DNA from: an uncultured Ruficoccus sp.
Lineage (GTDB): Bacteria; Verrucomicrobiota; Verrucomicrobiia; Opitutales; Cerasicoccaceae
Assembly (NCBI GenBank): GCA_965140785.1
Contig: OZ223479.1
Location: 1 to 17,512 of the forward strand
Direction: 5' to 3'
Length of the DNA stretch: 17,512 nucleotides
Both the position numbers and the translations under genes were made by a program. This document shows positions 1 through 7,736 of the stretch, one piece after another. Every line of letters begins with the position of its first letter. The first letter of the stretch is position 1. Under the pieces are notes generated by a model. It was given only the letters and a program-made list of their open reading frames with translations, was not told the DNA's origin and did no database searches.

Positions 1-3000
1 CCGATCTCAGCTTCAAACGCCTCCCACAGTGGCCACCATTCCTGCACCCTGGCCCAGTAATCCGGCAATAGATCCTCTTGCTTATTGAGGGCGATCAGTT
101 CGCTGACCTGAGGGCCGTACGGGACCTTTTGGAGCTCATCCTCGTCCAGCAGTGACAGCGTGTCGATGATCCTCCGGGCCTCCGCTACATCTCCATTATT
201 CAAATGAATGACAATCGCCCGGACCTGGGTATCGAGGGCGTCCGTATCCTGATTCTGAACCATCTGCGGAAGCCGTTGGGCGTAGGCCGCCAGGGCTTCG
301 TCGTACTGGCCCAGGGACTCCGCCGCCCGGCCCATCCTCCGGTATAGATTATCCAGCCAGGCGTCAGGCAAGCCGTAGGAGGCCAGCCGCTGATAAATCT
401 CCAGCGCCTGGGCATAGTCATCCCGCCGCTCATAATAGCGGGCGCGCAGGAAAAGGATGTCGTAATAGGAGTCGCTGACGGGCGGCAGCGTTTCTCCCAG
501 TGAGAGGATTTTGTCCAGAAGGATTTCGCCTGAGGAGTCCGCCATTTGCTTCTCGCGCCAGTCGGCATAGACCGAAGCCCGCCACAGGTAGTAAGGGAAA
601 TCACCGTCCGGCTCGAAGCGTAACACGGCCTCCAAGGCGTGCCGTGTTGCGCTGTCCGGATCTTTCTGTTCCTCGAATCGCTTCACCGCGTCGAGAAAAT
701 CCTGCCGGGTCTCGATGTCCTCCTTGGGCGTCGTGGTTTCCCAAAACGCGGGCGGGTTCTCCTCCAGCCATTGCGCCAGCTCGCGCTGGATCGCGATGGC
801 AGTCTGGTGCTGTTGCGCATACTCACGCAGGGACTGGAGGTTCCTCGCTGCGTCCCCGTCACCTTCTCCGGTATTGAACTGCTCAAGCACCTCCACCAGA
901 GGAGCAACCATCGTGGCGCGCTCATCCGTCCGCCATTCGCCGCCGGCCTCAGTCAACGCCGCCAACAGCTCCCGCCCCTGAGGCGGTTTATTCTGAAGAT
1001 GGTTGCTCAAGATTTCTTTCAAACGCTCCCCCTGTCCCTGTTGGAGTAGAACATAGGCGAGGAGCTTGAAGTGGTAGCTCTCGTCGCCGCTCTCGAACTC
1101 CAGCGTGCGCTCCAGACTGGCCGTCGCCGCCGCTAGGTCACTATCCCGCTGGACATTACCCATGATATACGCGGACCAGGCACGCCGGTAGTCGGAAATC
1201 GTCTCGTCATCTACCAGCCTTTGCAGAACTTCCAGTGCCTCTTGTGTCCGGTCCAGGTCCCGCAAGCTCAAGGCCTTCATATACAGCGCCCAAGCCAAAT
1301 TATCCCGACTCAGGGTGTTCCCATAGGTCTGGACCAACTCGTTCGCAATCCGAAGGGACTCCTCCTCCTTGCCCTGGTCCCAGTCCAGCCATCCCAACCG
1401 CATCCGGGCCTGGAAAACCGCCGCGTCGTCCTGCGGAAAATACTGGATGACCTTTTCCAACGCCTGCCGGTATTTCGCCGGGTCTTTGTCCTGGGGATAC
1501 TGCTTGAGGGCCAACTCCAACTGCCCAGCACCGGTCGGCATGACCGGAAAATCGTCGAGGATTTCCTCGTCAGCCTGAGCCGCTCCCTCTGGAGCCTCCC
1601 CCACCCTGACAATAACCGGCCTCGCCAACCAGGCCTCCATCGCCTGTTCCGCGTTATACAGCGGGGTGAAGACTGCCGGTGAAATTCTGTCCTGATCGAA
1701 GATCCCCTCGACATCCATGGTCAGCTTTTCGCCGTCCAGCCGATACGCGCCTCGGGTGTCTATCCCAAAGGCCGAGAGCTGAATCGGACGCGGCATACTC
1801 TGGACACTCCAGCCTGCAGGCAGGGAAATGGACACTGCCATGGAGAAAGAATCGCCCCAAACGAAAGCGTCACGGGTGATTTCCTTGTCATCCCCCAAGT
1901 AGGGATAGAGCCATTGGGCCAAGGGAAAGCGAACCGTCGTGCCCTCGGAGGAGTCTCCCCCCGTGCCCGGCACCAGGAAGTAGGTTTTTAGCGTAAACGT
2001 CCCCTCCCAGTCCGCCGCCCGGGTCACCTCGAAATCCACCAGGTCCGCATCCGGGTAAAAGTGCTTGATCAAACGGCTCGCCTTGTCTTCCTGCGTATGC
2101 CGATCCACGGTGCGATAACTTTCCATGTAGCCGGAGGCGTAGTAGCCGCTGACCGTATAGGTGAGCCAGCCCCGCAAGGTGCCGTTGGGCTCGAAGGCGA
2201 GGTCGAAATCCGCGTCGATATGCCCGCCGGTCCCCTTGGGCGTGCGCGCCCAGATGCCACGACCAGCCACCTCATCGATAATCAGCACATCCCGGTTTGA
2301 AGAGCTGGGCGCGAGAACGCCCGGAACTGCGAAGTACAAGGTCGGATCGCAAAACAGGTACCCGCCCTCACCGTCATCCACCGCCAGGATCGCATGGTCG
2401 AATGAACGGTAATCCGGGGCCCGCTTTTCCACTAACCCGAGATGGTCGGTGTTCAGGAGAACCACATGCGACTCGATCCCCTTGACCGCCAGCAGGCAGC
2501 GCAGGAAATTCGCCTTGTCCTTGCAGTCGCCGTATTTGTTTTTCCACACCAGTGCGCAATCCTGAGGCTTCACTCCCCCGTTACCGAAATTAATGCTCGT
2601 GTAGCGGACATCGTTCGCCGCCTTCTCAAGCAGGATCTGCAAGACCTCTTGAGGAGACTCTGCCCCGGCCGTCCACTCCTCAACCTGCTCCCGAAGTTCG
2701 TCAGGCAGGGAGGAACTCTCCTCGATTACGCCCGCATACCAGTCCGCAAAAGCGTCCCAGTCCGCCAGCGTCGAAAGTTTCAGATACGGTCCCGTTTCAT
2801 AAGCCTGGCCTCCCATTGGCTCCCAGGGACGCACCGGGATGTCATCGGATTCCCAGACATAGCGCCTCCGGCCTTCTTCCGGCGCACTGACCTCCGGCTC
2901 AGGAACGGCCCCCCTGCCCGCGATCTTCAGCTGTTCGGCCCAGTCCTCGGGCAGGTCGAGGACCACCCGCTGTTTCTTGCGCGGCCAGGAACTCGCCCAG

Positions 3001-3587
3001 GAGTCTGAACTGGTGAATTCGCCGGGAATTTTATCCTGCTCGCGTTCGATCAGAACCAGGGTATAGGTCGCCGAGCCCTTGCGTACATCGGGAAAAATGA
3101 TCTTCAGTTCCTTGCGGCCGGAATAGATCCGGTTGTCGGCCTCACGCTGAGGAGTCTGGATAAAAATACCGTTTTCATCCACTTCGTTAACTTCGCCGTC
3201 CGGCTGGATCGTCACCGCACGCAGAAGCGTGATCGATTCTCCGGATTCGGGACGGAAGTGGTGGATTTCCTCCGACAGGTCGTCAATTCCCGCCTCGGTC
3301 ACAACCATGTAGGCGCGTTGCCTCAGTTCGTAAATCTTGCCGGAGCTATCCACGTAATAAATATCCTCGGCGAGCAGGGTGGCCCCGTCGGAAACCTCGG
3401 GATCAAAGGAAAACCGTTGCGGGAGTATCGCGTCCAGATCCGCCATCAATGGGGCCAGCTTTTCCGTGTAAACCTCAGGTGGGCGCTGGGGGAAGGTCAC
3501 CGCGCTGTCCCCTAGGGCAAGCCCTGCGGGCAGACACATCAAAAACAACCCAAATACCGCTAATCGCTTACAGATAATACCATCCAT
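1..3587 (-). CDS. Large exported DUF3857 + transglutaminase-like (Cys-His-Asp) + TPR-like repeat protein, 3' end outside window
   Basis: Manual translation from ATG at 3587 gives MDGIICKRLAVFGLFLMCLPAGLALG (signal-peptide-like), then a DUF3857-like segment (ITLLRAVTIQPDGEV..ELKIIFPDVRKGS), a transglutaminase core KYGDCKDKANFL..SFDHAILAV..FCDPT (Cys codon 2525-2523), then helical TPR-like repeats (e.g. DYAQALEIYQRL, RMGRAAESLGQYDEALAAY). The same frame is still open at base 3. It is absent from the ORF track because it has no stop in the window. Confidence 0.88.
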   Translation of the reverse strand, partial: MDGIICKRLAVFGLFLMCLPAGLALGDSAVTFPQRPPEVYTEKLAPLMADLDAILPQRFSFDPEVSDGATLLAEDIYYVDSSGKIYELRQRAYMVVTEAGIDDLSEEIHHFRPESGESITLLRAVTIQPDGEVNEVDENGIFIQTPQREADNRIYSGRKELKIIFPDVRKGSATYTLVLIEREQDKIPGEFTSSDSWASSWPRKKQRVVLDLPEDWAEQLKIAGRGAVPEPEVSAPEEGRRRYVWESDDIPVRPWEPMGGQAYETGPYLKLSTLADWDAFADWYAGVIEESSSLPDELREQVEEWTAGAESPQEVLQILLEKAANDVRYTSINFGNGGVKPQDCALVWKNKYGDCKDKANFLRCLLAVKGIESHVVLLNTDHLGLVEKRAPDYRSFDHAILAVDDGEGGYLFCDPTLYFAVPGVLAPSSSNRDVLIIDEVAGRGIWARTPKGTGGHIDADFDLAFEPNGTLRGWLTYTVSGYYASGYMESYRTVDRHTQEDKASRLIKHFYPDADLVDFEVTRAADWEGTFTLKTYFLVPGTGGDSSEGTTVRFPLAQWLYPYLGDDKEITRDAFVWGDSFSMAVSISLPAGWSVQSMPRPIQLSAFGIDTRGAYRLDGEKLTMDVEGIFDQDRISPAVFTPLYNAEQAMEAWLARPVIVRVGEAPEGAAQADEEILDDFPVMPTGAGQLELALKQYPQDKDPAKYRQALEKVIQYFPQDDAAVFQARMRLGWLDWDQGKEEESLRIANELVQTYGNTLSRDNLAWALYMKALSLRDLDRTQEALEVLQRLVDDETISDYRRAWSAYIMGNVQRDSDLAAATASLERTLEFESGDESYHFKLLAYVLLQQGQGERLKEILSNHLQNKPPQGRELLAALTEAGGEWRTDERATMVAPLVEVLEQFNTGEGDGDAARNLQSLREYAQQHQTAIAIQRELAQWLEENPPAFWETTTPKEDIETRQDFLDAVKRFEEQKDPDSATRHALEAVLRFEPDGDFPYYLWRASVYADWREKQMADSSGEILLDKILSLGETLPPVSDSYYDILFLRARYYERRDDYAQALEIYQRLASYGLPDAWLDNLYRRMGRAAESLGQYDEALAAYAQRLPQMVQNQDTDALDTQVRAIVIHLNNGDVAEARRIIDTLSLLDEDELQKVPYGPQVSELIALNKQEDLLPDYWARVQEWWPLWEAFEAEI

Positions 3588-3685
3588 AAGGCAGACCCAC
3601 ATACCAATAACTTCTCGACTCCGTGGAAAGGGATAGACATGGCGCATGGCGCTATTGTCGAAAGACCCTCAGTAACGGGCAAGCC

Positions 3686-4248
3686 TTAGATAAAATATTG
3701 TCGCCACCGACGAACCACGATATGGCCCCGATCCACCCCCCGATCCACCAACGCTACCGCTCCGAGGAAGCCGTTCCAGTAGATCCAGCGTTCGGCGAAC
3801 TCGTCATAAAGGGCGATCAATTCCGTGTGCTCGGCTCTCAGGCCGTGAATTTTCTGGACCTCCTCCGGGTAAGTGTACGGGGGAGACGGAAGCGTGGGGG
3901 ATACAATAGCGACGTCGGACTGCAATACCGCGATATAGACCAACTGGCTATTTCTGAGGTCCTGCGGGACCGGCTGACGTTCCAAGCGGAATTCCTCGAT
4001 ATCCACCGGTTCCATGCCCTGATGCACGAGGGTCTTGTTAAGCAGATACCAGCCGTCCAGGTCGCGAGCTTTGACGATCTTGCGCTCAGCGACCCAACGG
4101 TGGTAGTTGCCTTTGGACCTTCAACAATGGCACAGGATTGCACAGTGGCTTTTTTCGACCGTGTCCACGTAAACGGGGCCGCTTGCAAAGTTAGTCTGGG
4201 CCTTTAGAAAAAACTCAGAAGATGAAAGGCAAGCGATTTGAGTAACAT
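3686..4248 (-). pseudogene. Probable disrupted gene of unknown function (in-frame TGA, probable frameshift)
   Basis: The frame of ORF 3686-4027 stays protein-like upstream of its GTG (RSKGNYHRWVAERKIVKARDLDGWYLLNKTL) up to TGA 4123-4121 and continues beyond it (LKAQTNFASGPVYVDTVEKSHCAILCHC). ATG 4248 (MLLKSLAFHLLSFF) joins this frame only with one extra base in the T6 run (A6 at 4208-4213). The + ORF 3623-4207 lies in the exact antisense codon register. Confidence 0.5.
3726..3749. repeat. Perfect 12-bp tandem duplication (CCCCGATCCACC x2)
   Basis: 3726-3737 is identical to 3738-3749; it encodes VDRG-VDRG on the minus strand. Confidence 0.9.
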
Positions 4249-4418
4249 GCAGTAGTATCCGGTCACATTAAATACTCTATCGACTCCGCACATCAAGCTA
4301 TTAAAGATCCGTAACTTGCTGAAAAAAAAGAGGCTTCCACGCCGGGTACAGAAAAATCAGTGGCGGGATGGATCGTTAGGAAATACGAACTTTCGTTACC
4401 CGATCGAAACCACGAGGG

Positions 4419-4455
4419 GTAGGCACAAAATGCCGTAGGGGCAACGCCCCTCAAT
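4419..4455 (+). repeat. GTAG-led double-hairpin, REP-like element (copy 1)
   Basis: GTAG-GCA-CAAAA-TGC-C-GTAG-GGGC-AAC-GCCCCT-CAAT; same architecture as 7604-7647 on the minus strand. Confidence 0.4.
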
Positions 4456-4477
4456 CGGATCAAACGCCGAGCGTTTG

Positions 4478-4565
4478 TGGCGGAGAGGGAGGGATTCGAA
4501 CCCCCGGTCCCTTGCGGGACAGCGGTTTTCAAGACCGCCGCAATCGGCCACTCTGCCACCTCTCC
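4478..4565 (-). tRNA. tRNA-Ser (anticodon TGA), 88 nt, CCA encoded
   Basis: Reverse complement GGAGAGGTGGCAGAGTGGCCGATTGCGGCGGTCTTGAAAACCGCTGTCCCGCAAGGGACCGGGGGTTCGAATCCCTCCCTCTCCGCCA: acceptor stem GGAGAGG/CCTCTCC, anticodon arm GCGGT-CTTGAAA-ACCGC, long variable arm GTCCC-GCAA-GGGAC, T-loop TTCGAAT, G discriminator. Confidence 0.98.
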
Positions 4566-4573
4566 TTCGTAAA

Positions 4574-4610
4574 GGCGCGCAAGTTAGAGAAATTTCGCGG
4601 AGAGGGAAAG
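4574..4610 (-). promoter_or_regulatory. Putative tRNA promoter (-10 TAACTT with GC-rich discriminator)
   Basis: Minus-strand TAACTT (4586-4581) is followed by GCGCGCC, typical of stable-RNA promoters; the -35 match is weak. Confidence 0.4.
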
Positions 4611-4723
4611 GGCATTTTTCAGCTTAGTTGCATGTCTGAGGGGGCCGAAGGCTTTAAGGACACCGTCGAGTCGAAGGTGAAGGACGGACGTTAAACAACA
4701 CTGGCGGGGTACGCACTTCGGAT

Positions 4724-4751
4724 TTGCCAGCGCTTCGGCGGGACCTATGCT
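4724..4751 (+). promoter_or_regulatory. Putative sigma70 promoter of copA
   Basis: TTGCCA (4724-4729), 16-nt spacer, TATGCT (4746-4751). The ATG is at 4764, implying a very short 5' UTR with no Shine-Dalgarno. Confidence 0.5.
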
Positions 4752-4763
4752 GAACACTCCGAC

Positions 4764-7058
4764 ATGTCCGACTGCTGCTCACACCACAAGAAGGAAGAAC
4801 CGGCAAAGAAGCCCTGCTGCCACGGTGACCATGAAGCGAGCGGTCACGAGGATCACGACCACCCCGGCGCCAGCCACTCGTGTTGCCACGGCCACACGGC
4901 AAAAAAAGCCGATGTCCCGGTTATCCCGGGCGTAACGATTTACATCTGCCCGATGCACCCGGAGGTCCGGCAGGAGGGGCCCGGCGAATGCCCGATCTGC
5001 GGCATGGCGCTCGAACCCGAGAATCCCGCCGACATTGATGAGGCCGCCCAGGAGGAATACCGCGAGATGGCGCGGCGATTCTGGGGCTCGCTGGCGTTCA
5101 GCGTTCCGGTTCTCCTGCTGGCCATGCTGCCAATGTTCTGGCCGGGTTTCGATAACCTCGTGCCTCACAGCATTAACCGCTGGGTCCAGTTCGCGCTGAC
5201 GCTGCCGGTGGTTTTGTGGGCGGGCAACTTCATCTTTATCCGCGGCTTCAAGTCGCTGCGCGGGCTCAATCTGAACATGTTCACGCTGATCATGTTCGGC
5301 GCGGGAGCGGCGTTTGTTTTCTCCGCCGTCGCACTGATCGCACCGGGAATTTTCCCAGCGTCCTTCCGGGCGGAAGGCGGCAACGTGCATGTGTATTTCG
5401 AATCCGCCGCCGTCATCCTCTCACTCGTCCTGCTGGGGCAGATGCTGGAGGCGCGGGCGCGTGGCCGCACCGGAGAGGCGCTGCGGGCGCTGATGGACCA
5501 GGCGGCCAAAACCGCCCGGGTCGTTCACGACGACGGCAGCGAAGAGGAAATCGCCGTTTCCGAGGTCGAGGCTGGTATGTGGTTGCGGGTGCGCCCGGGC
5601 GAAAAAGTACCCGTGGACGGGAGCATTGTCGAGGGAAGCAGTTCGGTGGACGAATCCATGATCACGGGCGAGTCCGTCCCGGTGGAGAAGCAGGTGGACG
5701 ACACCGTCACCGGCGGCACGCTCAATGAACGGGGCTCCTTTATCATGGAGGCCCAACAGGTCGGCGCGGACACCGTGCTCTCGCACATCGTGACGCAGGT
5801 GGCCGAGGCCCAGCGCAGCCGCGCGCCGGTCCAGGCCGTGGCCGACAAGGTGGCGGGCGTCTTCGTGCCGGTGGTATTGGCCGTGGCAGTGATCGCCTTT
5901 ATCTGCTGGGCGTTGTGGGGGCCCTCCCCCGCCCTCTCCTACGCCTTTGTCAATGCCGTGGCAGTGCTCATCATCGCCTGCCCTTGCGCCCTCGGGCTGG
6001 CCACGCCTATCTCCATCATGGTCGGCGTGGGCCGGGGAGCCGGGGAAGGCATTCTCATCAAAAATGCAGAAAGTTTAGAGAAGCTTGAAAAGATCGACAC
6101 CCTCTGCCTCGACAAGACCGGCACTCTGACCGAGGGCAAGCCCGCCCTGACCGACCTGGTGCCCGCCGAGGGCGAGGATGACAACGAGGTGCTGCGCCTG
6201 GCCGCCTCCCTCGAACAGGGCAGCGAGCACCCGCTGGCCGCCGCCATTGTCAATGCCGCTCAGGCGCGCGCGCTTGCCCTGAGCAAGACGGAGGACTTCG
6301 AGTCCGTCACCGGGAGCGGTATCCAGGGCAAGGTGGACGGTGACGCGGTGCGGGTCGGGAATGTGGCCTTTGCCACCGGGGGAGGCGCGCCCCTGCCGGA
6401 CATGTTGAAAGCAAGAGCCGATGCGCTCAGCGCCGAGGGCAAGACCGTCATGGTCGTGGCCAAGACCGAACGTGTGGTCGGGCTGATCGCGGTGGCCGAC
6501 CCGATCAAGGCCAGTACGCCGGAGGCGGTCAAGTCGCTGCAAAAGCGCGGCATCCGCCTGGTCATGCTGACGGGTGACAACGCGGGCACGGCCCGCGCCG
6601 TGGCCGAAAAGCTCGGCATCGAAACCTACCGGGCCGGAATCAAGCCCGATGATAAAATCGAGGAGGTCAAACGCCTCCGGGCCGAGGGCCGACGCGTGGC
6701 CATGGCCGGGGACGGCATCAACGACGCCCCCGCCCTCAGCGCCGCCGACGTGGGCATCGCCATGGGTACAGGCACCGACGTGGCCATGGAGAGCGCCGGT
6801 ATCACCCTGGTCAAGGGCGACCTGCGCGGTGTCGATCACGCCATCGCCCTCAGCCGCACCGTCATGCGCAACATTCGCCAGAACCTCTTTTTCGCCTTCA
6901 TCTACAACGGCGTGGGCGTGCCGGTGGCCGCGGGTATCCTCTACCCCTTCATCGGCGTGCTGCTCAGCCCGATGATCGCGGCGGCGGCCATGAGCCTGAG
7001 CTCGGTCTCGGTCATCAGCAATGCCCTGCGCCTGAAGTCGACCTCACTCAAAGAGTAA
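4764..7058 (+). CDS. copA: Copper(I)-translocating P1B-type ATPase
   Basis: Cys/His-rich N-terminus, heavy-metal-binding motif [19 protein letters not shown], transmembrane [15 protein letters not shown] phosphorylation site, [17 protein letters not shown], and the YN and MxxSS motifs of Cu+ (P1B-1) pumps. Confidence 0.96.
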   Translation: MSDCCSHHKKEEPAKKPCCHGDHEASGHEDHDHPGASHSCCHGHTAKKADVPVIPGVTIYICPMHPEVRQEGPGECPICGMALEPENPADIDEAAQEEYREMARRFWGSLAFSVPVLLLAMLPMFWPGFDNLVPHSINRWVQFALTLPVVLWAGNFIFIRGFKSLRGLNLNMFTLIMFGAGAAFVFSAVALIAPGIFPASFRAEGGNVHVYFESAAVILSLVLLGQMLEARARGRTGEALRALMDQAAKTARVVHDDGSEEEIAVSEVEAGMWLRVRPGEKVPVDGSIVEGSSSVDESMITGESVPVEKQVDDTVTGGTLNERGSFIMEAQQVGADTVLSHIVTQVAEAQRSRAPVQAVADKVAGVFVPVVLAVAVIAFICWALWGPSPALSYAFVNAVAVLIIACPCALGLATPISIMVGVGRGAGEGILIKNAESLEKLEKIDTLCLDKTGTLTEGKPALTDLVPAEGEDDNEVLRLAASLEQGSEHPLAAAIVNAAQARALALSKTEDFESVTGSGIQGKVDGDAVRVGNVAFATGGGAPLPDMLKARADALSAEGKTVMVVAKTERVVGLIAVADPIKASTPEAVKSLQKRGIRLVMLTGDNAGTARAVAEKLGIETYRAGIKPDDKIEEVKRLRAEGRRVAMAGDGINDAPALSAADVGIAMGTGTDVAMESAGITLVKGDLRGVDHAIALSRTVMRNIRQNLFFAFIYNGVGVPVAAGILYPFIGVLLSPMIAAAAMSLSSVSVISNALRLKSTSLKE

Positions 7059-7066
7059 CCGCCGTT

Positions 7067-7561
7067 ATGCCGCCCCCGAAGGAACACCTGCTCGTTGACG
7101 GCTACAACCTGATGCATGCCTGGCCCGAAACCCGCCGCCTGTTGCGCCAGGACATCGACGGGGCCCGGGAACGTTTCCTGGATACAGTGCGGATCATCCA
7201 CGATATCGGCGGCGTCACCACCACGGTGGTCTTCGATGGACGGGGGGCCAAGCCCGAGGTTGAGAATCCCGGTGGCCAGAAGAGTTTCTCGGTGGTCTTT
7301 TCGCCCGCCGGGCTTTCCGCCGACGGGGTCATCGAGCAACTGGTGGCCCACGCCAAAGACCCGACCTCCTGCTCGGTCGCGACCCGCGATAACCTCGTGG
7401 CCGAGTCCATCCGCGCCTCGGGGGCGGTCGTGCTCACCCCGGAGGACCTGATGGACTGGGTCGAACGCTGCGAACGCCAGCAGGCCGACACCCTCCGCCG
7501 CCAGCGCCGCAAGGCCCGCGCCGCCTCCCCGGACCCCAGCCCCTGGGATGTGCTAGGCTGA
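7067..7561 (+). CDS. NYN-domain (YacP/Rae1-like) ribonuclease
   Basis: Motifs LLVDGYNL, VVFDG, SADGVIE, VATRD match the acidic PIN/NYN active-site pattern; starts 8 bp after the copA stop. Confidence 0.85.
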   Translation: MPPPKEHLLVDGYNLMHAWPETRRLLRQDIDGARERFLDTVRIIHDIGGVTTTVVFDGRGAKPEVENPGGQKSFSVVFSPAGLSADGVIEQLVAHAKDPTSCSVATRDNLVAESIRASGAVVLTPEDLMDWVERCERQQADTLRRQRRKARAASPDPSPWDVLG

Positions 7562-7573
7562 ACCTACGCGCCC

Positions 7574-7736
7574 CGCACCCGCGGTGCGTGACCGCACAAA
7601 GACATTCAGGGGAACAAGTTCCCCTACGCCGCCAAATAGATGGCTACTCTATAAATTGTCCGTCGGCCCTATGGCATTTCACCAGGAAATGCCATCCGTG
7701 ATGCGCAAGCATCACAGGTGCAGGACTTCGTCCTGC
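7574..7736. repeat. Cluster of five perfect inverted repeats between convergent genes
   Basis: CGCACC/GGTGCG 7574-7588; AGGGGAAC/GTTCCCCT 7608-7625; ATGGCATTTC/GAAATGCCAT 7671-7695; GTGATGC-GCAA-GCATCAC 7698-7715; GCAGGAC-TTC-GTCCTGC 7720-7736. Confidence 0.8.

Noticed and set aside
200..3515. Many short ORFs on both strands in the ORF track
   Set aside because: All overlap the single long minus-strand frame (3587 to the edge) that carries recognisable motifs; they read as shadow or off-frame translations.
3623..4207. 194-aa + strand ORF
   Set aside because: It is in exact antisense codon register to the more protein-like minus-strand frame and has typical shadow composition; not fully excluded.
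4322..4345. Terminator after tRNA (GGC-GTGGAA-GCC then T-rich tract on minus strand)
   Set aside because: A stem of only about 3 bp is too weak to call.
4478..4565. Possible tRNA-Sec or opal suppressor, given the nearby in-frame TGA
   Set aside because: The anticodon is TGA (reads UCA, Ser), not TCA, and the acceptor stem is a normal 7 bp.
4293..4694. ORFs 4293-4559 (-) and 4512-4694 (+)
   Set aside because: They are translations through the tRNA-Ser gene.
7574..7736. CRISPR array or integron attC array
   Set aside because: The hairpins are not repeats of one sequence, there is no regular spacer period, and no cas or integrase gene is in the window.
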